NCBI GenBank assembly: GCA_964016885.1 | Contig: OZ024741.1 | Location: 382,726,001-382,790,000 of the forward strand | DNA length: 64,000 nt | Direction: 5' to 3' | Source of the DNA: Eledone cirrhosa | Taxonomy: Eukaryota | Part shown: one piece after another, positions 13,564-26,903 of the stretch | Layout of the letters: each line of letters begins with the position of its first letter | How positions within the stretch are numbered: the first letter of the stretch is position 1 | Made by a program: the position numbers and the translations under genes | Notes under the pieces: model-generated | Databases searched by the model: none | Told to the model about the DNA's origin: nothing | The model's input: only the letters and a program-made list of their open reading frames with translations

Positions 13564-15329
13564 CTTTGGATCTAAATAATGGATGTAAATAATGAAAGAA
13601 AAACATTTTTGGGGCCTACTTTATGAAGGATTGAAGTAGGTTTACGTATAGGCGATGCTACTGTAATGCAGAAAATTATACATAATAATTGACTAAGTCA
13701 CGAAACGTACCACTGGAGAAAAGGAAGACGTAAAACGCTTGAGATTATGTCCTCTTTGTCCGGCTCTATAGGATACTTTACCAATTTATTTAACCATTAT
13801 TTTTAGTTATCTATTATAATAGATAATTATGTATAGTTATCTATATTACGACGGCTTTCCTGAAGAGCAGGCATATTTTCACTTTTAGAAACCAAGTTAA
13901 TTAATATAGTGCATATGAAGCTATATCATAAATATAACACCCGGTGTCTTTTTTAAATAAATGGATTCAATCAGAATCGTGGGATTTCTTCTTTACCTTC
14001 GTTAAACTAGAAATAATTTATGTGCTCAGGAATAGTCAGGATGAACCTGTACATCTGCATGACCCTTTTGGTCTGCAAGGCAATTTCAGAACTCACAGCC
14101 AGAGTATCTAATACAATGAACCCTTCAATCTCTAACATAGAGAAACCGAAATAATATAATTGTTAACTGAATGTATATCCTAACAAATGAAATAAGAAAA
14201 ATCCCTTGGCATTTATCTGAATTATAAAAACAAATATACATGAAAGATTTTGTATTTTAAGGAGATATTTAAGCTATATCAAAGCTGGAGAAAGTTGTCC
14301 TTATACACAGGATTTTGTTTCTGAACAAAGAAAACATTTAATACAAAAGTGACGTTTATAAACATGTAGTTTCTATTCATGGCAATAGCTCCTTCTCGAA
14401 TATAGATAGTTAATCAATAATAAAGTGCTGTAATTGGATGCCCAACGTATGCAAATTTTGTCGCAAACTTTGCAGCTTTCATTTCTAGGTTGATACGTGT
14501 ATATAATATTGATTGTCTGACTCACGTTCCTCAGTAAGCAAATTTATGTTTTCATATTGTTAAGGATCATTTTCATACTGTTTTGTTAATGTAATTCATT
14601 AAAACTATATAACATTACCTTCTTTGTTGTAGATGTTATAGAAGAAAACTAATATTAATGTAAATTGCGTGAAACAGCGGAGTTCAATCTTGTATCTAAT
14701 TTCATGGGGTACCGTATCACAAGTGCAATAATGTCGAGTAGAGCCAGCAATATTATATTCTGGATAGTTGTCGATTTTGAAAGGTAAGCACAAATGTAAT
14801 GAGTCATATGTTGTCGGGTGAGGTGAGACTACTCATACAATTCCAGTTTCCCGTGTATTGTAACAAATATATTTATAAGGTTTATTGTATTATATGTCTA
14901 GCCCTTCCGATTTATAAAGAGTACACGAAAAGACTTCTTCTGTCTAGTAGCTACAGCGAAGTAAGTTATATCGGAGATTTATCTAAAAGGATTGAGGGCA
15001 GGGATCTTACTCTCCGGTTAAACATTGATCACATTTCTGTTTTCTAAGCAAGAGATGGTACTTTCAATTCCCATGGTGCAACAGAATAGTCCATGATCCT
15101 ATTTGGGATTCTGTCTGGAATAAACCTGAAATGCATTGCTCAAATATTGGGGAATCGGTCTGTATTGACATTCGTTATTGTTATTAATTTGTATTGTTAT
15201 CCACATTTAATGCAGTGTCTATGATTGGTATTCATACTGTTTTGCTTTACATTATTTAAATACATTTCTGAAATGATTTGTCCATGTATCATACCCAATG
15301 TCTGCAACTTAGTGTCCAATAAAACAAAT

Positions 15330-15508
15330 CAGTATAGGTAGGGGGTCGGACGCCATGCTTTGACGCATAGAGTTACGGCCATTCTGACTTCAAATCCTGA
15401 CAAGATTAACTTTACCTTTCTTCCTTACGGGGTCGATAAAATAAAATACCAGTAATGCACTGCGTAATTGCTGGCCTTGTGCCAAAAGTAGAATCAATTA
15501 TTGTTATT
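15330..15508 (+). mobile_element. tRNA-derived SINE (same family)
   Basis: gggtcggacgccatgc..cttcaaatcc..ggggtcgataaaataaaataccag..gctggccttgtgccaaaagtagaa followed by an (att)n tail. Confidence 0.85.
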
Positions 15509-16229
15509 CGTCTGATCGGACGTCTTTTTGCTCGGTCCCAGTAAGTCGTTTTGTTTACCTGTTATAATTATTTGTTGTTAAATTTGTCTTGTTATGTAAG
15601 GGATATAAGCCCTTGGACTTTGCCATGTGAATGGGAAAGTATAATATTTGGGCCTTTTGGCTCAAATACTTGAACATTTTACTTTTAAAAATTATTTTTA
15701 AAAAACATGGCTGTTCCACGCCCCCCAGCAATATGTCTGCTGTCGTGTGACCACGGCGTAAAAGTTGAGAGGAGGTTTACAGAAATTGATGCAACAAACA
15801 CCACCACAAACAACGTGAACAAAGACAGCACTGACAACAACACTGAGAACATTATATTTTTTAAATTACCACACCAACTACAACAATAACAGCGACAACC
15901 AAAATACAGACAACAGAAAAAAATGACAACAAATGCATCAACGATAGTAACACCACTAACAAGAAAATAAACAACAGCAACACCAACAGCAACAATACGA
16001 ATTGCACCGAGAACAACAACAACGGTGGCACCAAAAACACAACCATCTACAACAGCGATAACATCAACAACACCAACAACACCGTTTGTAGCAGTAGCAA
16101 CAGCAACAGCACCAACAACAAGACCAATAGTAACAGTAGCGGCAGCAATAATAGTGCCGCTGAAAAAGGAGCCACTCTTTCACAGGTGTGGCCCGAAATA
16201 TAGAGACACTGCTAGTTACCGAGGAGGAG

Positions 16230-17580
16230 ATGGAGTCGCAAGGGCCATGGCGACAAGAAATGACAATAGAGTGTCCCTGAACATTCCACCCGATTTTTTC
16301 AAGGACCTGCAGCTACGGACGCTGACATAACGCACCGTAAGCAAAATGTCACATCGTTTGGAGAGAGCCATGGAGGGTCAAATCCAAAAGGCCTCGGGGT
16401 GCGTCTGGGCGCGCAAAACGCACATCACTCGAGGCAACAAGTAAGCCACAGTAGACGTACTTTTCGCCACCCACATGAGGCGAAGTCTCACTCTTTGGAA
16501 ACCCTAAAGAGTAAGGACATAGTCTTGGTGCCCTCCTACTGTGAGGGTCAAAGTGACCCCCGTCTCGCCCGACGAGCCCATACTTTAGTTGGCCGCGTCT
16601 GTCCTTGCTGGAATCGAGGACAGGACCACCATACTGCAAATACAGAGAATTGGAAGAGAGAACTGCTCAAGTATAGGCATGCAAATGCAAATGCAAACGA
16701 CCAGGAGTGTATCTAGGCCATCCCTGTTTTCAGAGATCTCTATGAAGGACTCCAACACCCTATACACGTGGAAGGAAGTCGCCCAAAGTGCTATCTCTGT
16801 GGGCAAAAGGGTCACCTCAGGGCCTTTTGCTCGCAGAAGACAGCCAAGAAAAGGGCCCCTTTCCTTCCGACGCCTGATCCGCTGCTACCAAGAGCAGGGC
16901 AGGCAACAGAGGCAGAATACCCTTCTACAGTGAGTAGTAGGACAACGTCCGTGGCATCCATACCAAGGCCACGGACAACTAAAACAGCGGCAGCAGTGCT
17001 GCATTTCAAGTAGCTACATTTTAAGTAGCTGCACCAGCAACAAAATCGCCGGAGAGTGCTATACTACCACCACCAACAGCGGTGGGGCACCTACCCCTTC
17101 CAGACGCCAGGGAATCCGACATGGAGTATGAGGCGGGAGTGAAGTGGAAAAAGATCTTCCACAAAATCAAAAACGAAAGAACCACTTTGATTCGCCCTCC
17201 AAAAGCGATGACAAACCAAGAAGGGTAAGGGCTGTAAAGCAACATGCAGCAACGCCACTTCCATCACCACCACAAGCATCTGGCTAATGGCTGCCGTCCT
17301 CGCCGGCATCGAGACCAACACCAAAATAATTGAAATATCAAAAGAAAAGCAGGAGAACTGGTCCGGATCTGGGATGGAGCTCCTGATACAAGCGGACCAA
17401 AAAAGTATTGAGGAAATCCTAGAGGCAATAGACCTCACTGAGGGCAACCACCTCACCGTAATCGTCGAGGGCAGAAGGCATAGGTGTGTCGTTTGTGGTG
17501 AAGGAACCCACCTAAAAGCTTTCTGCCCTCAGGCTAAGAAGTTGACGCTACCTCACTTACCCACCCAAGTGACTCAACCA
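16230..17580 (+). pseudogene. Tx1 ORF1 (gag-like), frameshifted, with two paralogous CCHC modules
   Basis: AASVLAGIED..EGSRPKCYLCGQKGHLRAFC (16589-16830) and AAVLAGIET..EGRRHRCVVCGEGTHLKAFC (17287-17527). Confidence 0.75.
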
Positions 17581-18412
17581 TGAACACCACCAGCAGCAGA
17601 AATTGCATCAACAACTGTAGCAGCAACAACAGAAGCAACTGTAGCAGCAACAACCCCAGCAACTGTAGTAGCAAAACCAACAGCCCCACCACCCAACGCG
17701 CCAGAGGTAACACCAGCGCCTACACCATCCACCATCCACAACCAAAACCAACGCCTGTGGAGGATTTTCCACTCCCCGACCTATCGACGAGGAGTGGGAA
17801 ACGGTATCAGAAAAAAAGAAAAAAAGAAAAAGAAACCAAAAAAGAAAAATCCCCTTCCTTCTCCCTCCAAAAACAAAATACAGAGGGAAACAAATAAATA
17901 ACAAACAAAAATTTAGGACAGCTATGCCACCATCCACACCAGCATCACCAACACCATCACCACAAACACCAACACCATCACCATCATTAACCCCAACACC
18001 ACCATCACCGACACCACAAAAGTCACCAAAAAGCGAAACAAACAAACCCACAACAAACGCAAACAAAACAACCCAAACGATACACACTACACAGCATTAA
18101 ATTTGAACAACAAACAATTATTACACTACATCCAACACAACACCAGCATCACAGAAAAAGACTATACAACACCCCAAAAGTTCACACCATCTCCACACAT
18201 ACAAATCACTCGCATCACACAGAAAACGTACACGACACTAAAACAAAAATTCCCCAAAGACATCGGAGACTTCTGACAAGCACTCTCCAGGAGGATTTAT
18301 AAGGACATCCTTCCAGAGGAGGCCACAAGCAGTGAAAAGGATGGACAAACCATCCTTCGTCTACGAGAAGTAAGGTAAGTGGTCTTTCCCATCTTTTCCA
18401 CTCCTTTTCAAC

Positions 18413-21050
18413 ATGACCTCACTCAGAATAGGCACCATAAATGCGCGTGGCTTGGAGTCGTCATGGAAGCAGGGCCACCTGCTGAACGACCTCATGTCAC
18501 TAAACATAGATGTGGTGGCCATCAGCGAGATATCTTCCGGTGTCTGGAGACCTTTCTTGGAACGTCCCGCTTTTTAGTGTTAGTGGGCGACTGGAACGGG
18601 ATCTTAGATGCACGCTGGGACTGTGTGGGATTAGCGGATAGGGGAGGAGGGTGCAATAGCCTCACCAACCTGCTCAGGCGTTTTGAACTGTCTGACAGGT
18701 ACCGATTGGATTTCCCGAATGTGCCAATGTGGAATTGGACAAACCGCATCGGGTCATCCAGATCATATCTAAATAGATAGGTCTAGCATAGGCTGTCCAC
18801 TAGTCAAGATAGTCAGCTACACGGACCAAAAATTCGTGATCTGTGTGGTTGACTTAGATAGGCTTCATAGATAAGCAGCCGGCTACTGGAAACTAAACAC
18901 GACCTTACCAGCGCGCAAGTCCTGCAGATACCGGATTAGCGAACTAGTTAAGCGGGCGTTGATGGGGGTCATCGTCAACAACAAGTGGTGGTTTGCTCTG
19001 AAAAGAGCGATTAGAATAGTGTCCATTAGGTTTAGTAAGGCTTTACCTATAGAGAAAAATAGAGCAGAGGGAGACCTAGTTAGAAAATTAGACGAGTCGC
19101 TTAGCAAAGGCATCGCGACCGACGTACTTGCCCTTATCCAATTCTTCAATGCAAAGCTCGAAGGCTGCGTTGTCAGAGCTAGGGTGCGTGCCCTCAGACA
19201 CGAGAGGACGAAAGCCGTTCAATGGGCCTATCTGAACAAGGGGGATAACATAGATAATTTCAGGCCCATAACTCTGCTAAACACAGAGTTCAAAATTTTG
19301 GCCGAGGTGCTACCAAAGAGGTTGGCGCTGGTCGTTGGTGGTCTGGTGGGAGAGGCCCAGACATGCGCCATTCCCGACAGATCCATCTAGGACAACCTCC
19401 ACTTCATGCGATACATCGTGGAGAGGGTAGCTAGGGAACCTGGCAAGAGTGGGTCCTTCATCAATTTATATCAGTCGAGAGCTTTTGATAGGGTCGACCA
19501 TCGTTACCTAGAGGCACTCCTGAAGGCGGCTGGCTTTGGGCCCGTCTTCAGAGGCTGGATCGCTGCCATGCACAGCGACATCTGCTCTGTAGTGAGAGTG
19601 AACGGTCACCTTTCGGAACCGTTAAACTTCACGCGCTCGGTCCGCCAAGGATGTCCCCTCAAGTCTGGAGACGTTGAGGGGATCACCCGCGCGAACTAGG
19701 ATGCGGAAGATCCGTGTCAGCATAAGCGGACGATGTCACCGTAGGAGAGTCGAACGCCAAACATCGAGCCCCTCGGCACTACACTAACTTAATTCGAAGC
19801 GGTGACGGGAGCAATTATCAACCAGAAGAAGTCAGTGGGCCTGCAGCTCGACACCTGAAGAGGCAGATCCATGCCGTCCAACGGCGTCGTCGGGCGCTGG
19901 ACGGACGGACCGGTTAAATTGCTAGGGTTCTGGTTCGGTCCGGATCTCCCGACGGACAAAATCTGGGACGAGGTGACGAGCTGGGTGGCTTCTCTCACCC
20001 AGAACTGGGCGGAGATGAAGCTATCCCTGAAAGGTCGAGCGGAGGTGGAGAAGGCGTACATCGCGTCCGTCATCTACTACCGCCTAACCGTCCTACCTTG
20101 TCCTAAGACCCGCCTGACTGCGCTGGAGCGTTTGCTCTTTCGCTTTTTGGGGAAGGGACGCGCTCCGATGGTTAGGCGGTCCGAGGGCTGGGCATGCTCT
20201 GGCTGATGATGCGCAGACACGCGCTCACTACGACATCTCCACCTCTTCCTCGACGATGATCAGGTGTGGTCGCCGTTTGCTAGACGCGTCTTTCCCCAGC
20301 TCGTCTCCATGACGGAGCTGTAGACCTGGGTCAAGCGAAGACCGAGAGGGAGCGCTTGGAGACTGGAATGTCTTCAGGCGCTCACAGCCCTCGACCAATC
20401 GGGCAATGTGATCGGTGGAAACTCCACATAGGCGTTCTATAGATGATTTGTGGAGGGGAAGAGTGACGACGTCCTTGGGGAAACTCTAGACGTCGACGAA
20501 AATCAACTAGCCAATCTCTTCGGAAGAACTTTCGGGCCGGGGCCTATGGACAACTTCCAGAAATGCCTGGCCTAGCAGTGCTACCGAGGAGCTTTGTCAG
20601 TTTGGGATAAACTCTACAGGCATGGAGGTGCCGTCAGCCGGGCATGTCCGAGATGTACGCAGGGCGACGAAACCGTCCTGCACGCACTCGTCCAGTGCCC
20701 GAGCATTGCTGACATGTGGGTTTATGTCGAACTGCTGCTGTCGCGTGCAAGACGGATCCGGCTATTAGCTGAGCCCACCGTGAGGATTGCCCCGCCCTGT
20801 TCCTTTAGCCGGAAAGGGCAGACATTTTTTATCTCTCTGGTGACTATGGCGAAATAGATAGTATGGTGGACACGTTTGAAAGGGCTGAAGACGAGCACTT
20901 ACCTCTTCGGTGATGCCCTGATTAACCTTTTCAAATTTCATTTCAAAAGGAAAATCACGGTAGAGAGGGAAGTGCTCTCTTCCCAGCATGTTGTTGAAAG
21001 ATGGGTGAGAGAGACAAGAATGGCCCGTGTGAATACCCTGAATATGTGCC
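18413..21050 (+). pseudogene. Tx1 ORF2 (endonuclease-reverse transcriptase-zinc finger), multiple stops and frameshifts
   Basis: MTSLRIGTINARGL..DVVAISE; LVGDWNGIL; NFRPITLLNTEFKIL; RAFDRVDH; SVRQGCPL; mutated YADD (taagcggacgat); CPRCTQGDETVLHALVQC. Confidence 0.9.
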
Positions 21051-22355
21051 TCAGAATATGTGCCTGTAAATTGAAGGTGGAAGACTGATAGAGGGCACTT
21101 GCCCTGGTGGTCAGGGTCACCGTGGCTTTTCTTAATGCGCTTTCTCCACGAATGTCTCTCGGAAGTCTCACCCCTATTGGGGAATTTTTCATTGTTTCTT
21201 TTTTTGTTACATCCTCTGTTTTTGTTTTTTTTACACGCAGAAATGCCCATTTGTACCGTCCTATATTGTCCTGTACTGTCCTTAATGTCTACTTTGTGTA
21301 AACCTTTGTGGTTAATAAAGAAAGCATTATTATTTTTATTATTATTAGTATTATTATTATTTGATGTTTCAGGTATTCATGTTATTCAACTGGAATGCAA
21401 GCCCTAATGAATATCAAGCTGCTACCTGCAGCCTCACATATTCAGGACATATCTGAGGTTCCTTACCGTTCCAAAACTCTTCGAAAACAGAGGATTATTA
21501 CTATTGAGCCCCTGTCACTCACATGAAGCTAATTAATTCACTTCAGCTGGCAACAGATTGTTAGATCATCTTTACAAAATGAAAAAAATACTTTTATTTT
21601 TTTTTTATGTTAATATTCACATCTTTACTTAGCCATATATGTCCACAATAACACATTTCTCATATTCGAATATGTGAACAGAAGCAACTACATATGCATT
21701 AGTAGTTCTATGATTTTATATTGTTCCGAATCTCAATTAAGTTGGAAGTCTTACTTTAAACAAGAATTAATAACATGATGGATACAATATATAGAAGCAA
21801 ATACAAGTACGATGCGTTGGAGAGTTTAAATGATATAAATGTTAGAAGGAAATGGAAGACATTTCATTTCCTAGGTTTTAGCTTTCGGTTAGTTTTATGA
21901 TTAAAATTCTGCCTACTGTATTTAACTTGCAGTAGTCATCAATCAGGATGACTTTTAATTTATCTACTGATAAGAAAAGAATCTTGTAAAAAAGAAATAT
22001 TCACTATACTATTAAGAAAACTAATTGAAATAAGAAGAGTTAGTTTCTTCCGTATATGTCATTAAGAGGAGTATTTATTCGATTGTTTTCCAAAGCTTTT
22101 TTCCTACACTTTTCATCCAGTCATCAATTCAATTTCAAAGAATCTGCTATCTTCAACTGAAACTTTTACTATGCTTTAAACAATTTGAACCTGGTTAATG
22201 ATCGCAGTTTGGGTAATGGTCTAAAACTCTGTATCTTCAATATGCTAATGACAGGAAATATTTCTAATTTTGAGAATTAGAATTAATATCGTGATCGTTC
22301 AAATTTAACAATACCCAGATATTTTGTTTAATCATAGCTCATTATATTTCGAATG

Positions 22356-22537
22356 TGTGGATTGGCCGTATCGGTTGAGGGTCGTACGCCATGTTTTGCC
22401 GCAGAGTTGCGTCCCTTTACTGACTGCGTTCAAATTCCGCCGAGGTTAACTTTGCCTTTCATCGGGATCCATAAAATAAAGTATCAGTAATACACTGGAT
22501 TAATTGCTGTCCTTGTGCCAAAAGTAGAAACAATTAT
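22356..22537 (+). mobile_element. tRNA-derived SINE (same family)
   Basis: ggattggccgtatcggttg..gttcaaattccgccgaggttaactttgcctttcatc..ttgtgccaaaagtagaaacaattat. Confidence 0.85.
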
Positions 22538-22676
22538 ATTTCGCATAATATCATCATATACGAGCTCAGAGCTATTCTACTTGTGAACACCTTTTAGTAA
22601 AGATACGAAACTATATAAACATATAAATAGTCCATTACTCCCCCACACACACACACATAAACACACATACACACAA

Positions 22677-22736
<60 letters not shown>

Positions 22737-23253
22737 TAAAATAACAGATTAAAGTTTAAGCAAAGAATCGCTGCTTTCACCCTTAACGGGATCTTTTGAA
22801 ACTAAAAAAATCAATCTGTGAACGCAGAAGTAAATATTTCGAAAAACGTTGCAACCGAAGGAAGACAGGAAGACGATACTTTTGTTCGTGGAAACGTTCC
22901 CTGTCAAAGAACGGAAAAAAACTGATGTCGTAGACTAAAATTCTATTTATGAAACCGAATGATTCTCGGCTTCAGAGTTAAGAATATTAGTTTACGAATT
23001 CATGTATACCATAAACGTGGTTTTGTCTTTACGTGTAATTGTTTTCACCGCTCCAAATAATGTTTTCTACTTTTGGCACAAGGCCAGCAATTATATCAGT
23101 GCATCACCGCTAAAATAATGACGTATTATCTTCGTTTTTTTTTTCGTTCTTACCAGGGAACGTTTCCACGACCCAAAATATAGTCTTCCTGTCTTCCTTC
23201 GGGTGCAACGTTTTTCAAAATAATTACTTCTGCGTTTACATATTGATTTTCTT

Positions 23254-23304
23254 AGTTTCAGAAGATCCCGTTAAGGGTGAAAGCAGCGATTCTTTGCTTA
23301 AACT
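23254..23304 (+). ncRNA. Hammerhead fold with CAGAAGA (U4A) core
   Basis: AGUUU-CAGAAGA-U-CCC guuaa GGG-U-GAAA-GCA gcgauucuu UGC-UU-AAACU. The same core occurs in the minus copies at ~27415-27465 and ~60855-60905. Confidence 0.6.
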
Positions 23305-23359
23305 TTAATCTGTTATTTTAATAAATATTTGCTCTACGATTCTTATATATTTGATATAT

Positions 23360-24048
23360 CTATCTATCTATCTAAGGCGGGTAAAATTCCCGAGATCCAT
23401 GGACGAGTTCTCTCCAGCGGTCTCTGTCCCTCATTATCGCTGCCATATCCTGCATCTCCAACAGACCAGTGTCTGTCCTTAGGGCATCAACATATGTTAA
23501 CCTTAGTCTTCCTCTTCTAGTGTGTCCATGTAGGGGCTCCCAAAGGAGCACTGAGTGCAATGTCAACTCTGGATGTCGGTGAGCATGTCCAGCCAACCTC
23601 AGTCTCCTCTGTGTCACCTTTGAGCTGACTTTTGGGATGCTCCCATACAGCTCTGAGTTTTTCATCCTCAGTGTATACTGATTAATGTTCAGAGCCATCC
23701 TCAGCATTCTCGTGTAGCACCCATCCACCATCTGAGTGAGTCTCTTGGTCAGTGTCCAAGTCTCAGACCCATACAGCAGCACAGACTCCACTACAGCAAT
23801 GAAGAGGCGGATTTTCAGGTCTCTACGAAGGTCCGACTTCCACACCGATCTCAAGCTGTGACACGCCGCCCAGGCCTTGCTCTTCCTCTCAACCACATCA
23901 TATTCCGTATTCCCAATCTTTGCTCCCAAATACAGGAAGTCCTCAACCAATTCCAGCGGCTTCCCGCCTACATTAGTGATCCCCTCTGGCTTCTCAACAT
24001 TCTCTACCAGATATTTTGTTTTAGTCTCATTCATTCTCAGCCCCACAC
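23360..24048 (-). mobile_element. 5'-truncated RTE-clade LINE (RT C-terminal region, 224 aa open) with (TAGA)n tail and 11 bp TSD
   Basis: GLRMNETKTKY..VEDFLYLG..KIRLFIAVVESVLLYGSETW..RRLRLAGH..LLWEP.HG..RRGR. TSD ATTTGATATAT at 23349-23359 and 24049-24059. Confidence 0.9.
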
Positions 24049-24116
24049 ATTTGATATATATTTATCCTTATCGAGCCCTCTTTGGAGTTTAGTCTTCAAA
24101 TTTATTATTATTACTG

Positions 24117-24180
<64 letters not shown>

Positions 24181-24297
24181 GTAGGAGGTGAGTTTTATTG
24201 TAGTACAATAAAGCAATGCAGATATCGGATATGAAGCATCCTACAGTTTGTAGGACTGGAGTATACATAATATACATATATATATATATAATATATA

Positions 24298-24377
24298 TCA
24301 AAAGATGGTTAAAAGAGTTCCATGTATTTTATTATGCGCATTTCAAAATACATGGAACTCTTTTAACCATCTTTTGA
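24298..24377. repeat. 33 bp perfect inverted repeat (hairpin) between TA runs
   Basis: tcaaaagatggttaaaagagttccatgtatttt / aaaatacatggaactcttttaaccatcttttga. Confidence 0.85.
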
Positions 24378-24387
24378 TCTTATATAT

Positions 24388-24516
<129 letters not shown>

Positions 24517-24887
24517 CTGTGTGTGTGTGCGCGCGCTTATATAAATCAGTCTAGTCATTAGGCCGTATAATAGAAATATATGACCTATGTAGCTATCGAA
24601 ACACAGCTGCTTAGGATATGTTCTGATAAATTAAACAACGAAAATCATTTCACTAGGAGTGTTTATAATGTTTATAATGTTTCATTTCATTTCCTATTTA
24701 TCATTAACATTTCCACCTGCATTATATGAGAACGACTTTTAACGACATTCTTGTGGAAGCTAAACTGCTGCCACTTTCTTTGTTTCAGATTGTCATCTAT
24801 CATATCTTTAATATTATAGTCATATTTGTATTATTTATATATCAACGATGCGTACACTCACAACCACCTGCATATAAATGTATGCAT

Positions 24888-24994
<107 letters not shown>

Positions 24995-25078
24995 GGCGGA
25001 TTCCCCCATGGAGATCGGGAGGTGGCCAGAGAAGGTACTCAATATGTTGGAAGAGTAACACGCATTATAGATATGTAT

Positions 25079-25134
<56 letters not shown>

Positions 25135-25249
25135 AGAGAGAGAGAAGGGAGGGAGAGAGATAGAGAGAGAGAGAGAGAGATTATCAACAATGCTTGGCTA
25201 AGTTAAGAAGCAATGAAAAATATGCCATAATTTCAATACATATTGCTAT

Positions 25250-25438
25250 AATAATTGTTTCTACTTTAGGCACAAGGCCAGCAAATCCCCCAGTGTATTA
25301 CTGGTACTTTATTTTCTCGACCCCGCAAGGATGAAAGGCAAAGTTAACATCGCCGGGATTTGAACTCAGACTGTAAAGGGACGTAACTATGCTAGAAAGC
25401 ATGGCGTCCAGCGCTTTACCGATACTGCCAATTCACCA
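25250..25438 (-). mobile_element. tRNA-derived SINE (same family)
   Basis: ggcacaaggccagc..gatgaaaggcaaagttaac..gatttgaactcag..accgatactgccaat. Confidence 0.85.
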
Positions 25439-25527
25439 ATAACTTATAACCATAACTAACGCCAAAATGACATTAACCCGCTAAAGAACGTATCTCCCCC
25501 TCCTCTCACTCTCTTTCTCTCTCTCTA

Positions 25528-25603
<76 letters not shown>

Positions 25604-26184
25604 AAGATTGAAGAATAACATGGTAACATGGTCGGCTGTTCAACAAGGGGCTTTATTTCAAGTATTAACAATTGTTTCATTGATCGCTAATCACTCGAAG
25701 TTGCGTCACTCGACCTTAAATACAGTGTTTACCTCTAGCCAAATCACTAAAGTCACATCAACCCCATTAAGATAAGACAATCAGCATGCTAAGCCTTTAC
25801 CACACACACATACAAATTCTTCTTCCCCGTCCTTAGCCCGACCCCTTATGTATCATCCTCGTATCTCTCACTTAATTTTTTAATTTATTATTTTTTATCT
25901 TTCATCTGTCAATTGTTACTACCTTTTATTCTTTACTTCTAACCCTCTGAGATTTGAGCGCCAAGTATGTATGTATCTAATGTTGCTTTCCATATTAGTA
26001 TTATCTACACCCTAATATATTTATACATACACCAACTCACTACCACCACTATTATCAGCAATTGTATTCTGTACTTATATTTTCTTTACTTATTTTACTT
26101 CTGTACCTCTTTATCATTATATTTTATTATTGATCTCAATGTTTTAATTCTACGTTGTATCTATCTATCTATATATATATACAT

Positions 26185-26226
<42 letters not shown>

Positions 26227-26239
26227 ATATACTTTTATG

Positions 26240-26291
<52 letters not shown>

Positions 26292-26432
26292 GTTATATTG
26301 TAAGGTGCATTATTGGTTGTGTAAAATGGTCCAATAACTTTATGTTAGCAATATTAACTTCTCCACGATTTTGTATATCTCCAATTCCATTCAAGGGAAC
26401 CGCTAGATGATGTAAAACGGAGTATTAGTATC

Positions 26433-26790
26433 AAAATGAAAATCCGAAGGCAAGGTAAAATTCCAATCATTTAATCCCCACACATGTTTCAATAAGAGAT
26501 AGATCGATTGTGAAGCCATGATCGATTATCACTGATCTCATCAGGTGAAAATGAATTGTCTTCAAATTCTTGATATGAGGGAGAAGAAATAACGATGTAT
26601 GAGGGAATGAATTCTGAGAGAGAACATCATTATTTCTTCTCCCTCATATCAAGAATTTGAAAACAATTCATTTTCACCTGATGAGATCAGTGATAATCGA
26701 TCATGGCTTCACAATCGATCTATCTCTTATTGAAACATGTGTCGGGATTAAATGATTGAAATGTTACCTTGCCTTCGGAGTTTCATTTAT
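26433..26790. mobile_element. Head-to-head inverted element with hammerhead-like motif in each arm
   Basis: 26433-26600 is inverted relative to 26624-26790. CUGAUGA-GAU..AUC..GAAA-CAUGUG-UC at 26678-26745, with imperfect stem I. Confidence 0.6.
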
Positions 26791-26845
26791 ATATATATAT
26801 ATATATTTATATATAGTTATGTAATAAACAACATAAGATAATTAT

Positions 26846-26903
26846 TTCATTTACCAGTGGTTTCTTGAAGGCAACTAAAATTGCTTTCATTCATCCGAAT
26901 GAA
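26846..26903 (-). ncRNA. Hammerhead fold with CGGAUGA core
   Basis: UUCAUU-CGGAUGA-aUGAAAGCAA..UUGCCUUCAa-GAAA-CCA c UGG-UA-AAUGAA. Confidence 0.6.

Larger units (their letters stand above)
15509..21360 (+). mobile_element. L1/Tx1-clade non-LTR retrotransposon, near full length but decayed
   Basis: ORF1 zinc knuckles. ORF2 has APE, RT and a C-terminal CCHC. AATAAA at 21314 is followed by (att)n. The 5' boundary is approximate. Confidence 0.85.
22731..24110. mobile_element. Non-autonomous PLE-like element with inverted arms, interrupted by a SINE tail and an RTE
   Basis: 22731-22920 is inverted relative to 23130-23328. Family copies at 27320-27860, 32880-32975 and 60830-61050. Confidence 0.7.

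Noticed and set aside
14030-14130. Possible small exon on either strand
   Set aside because: Splice signals are weak and there is no consistent partner exon.
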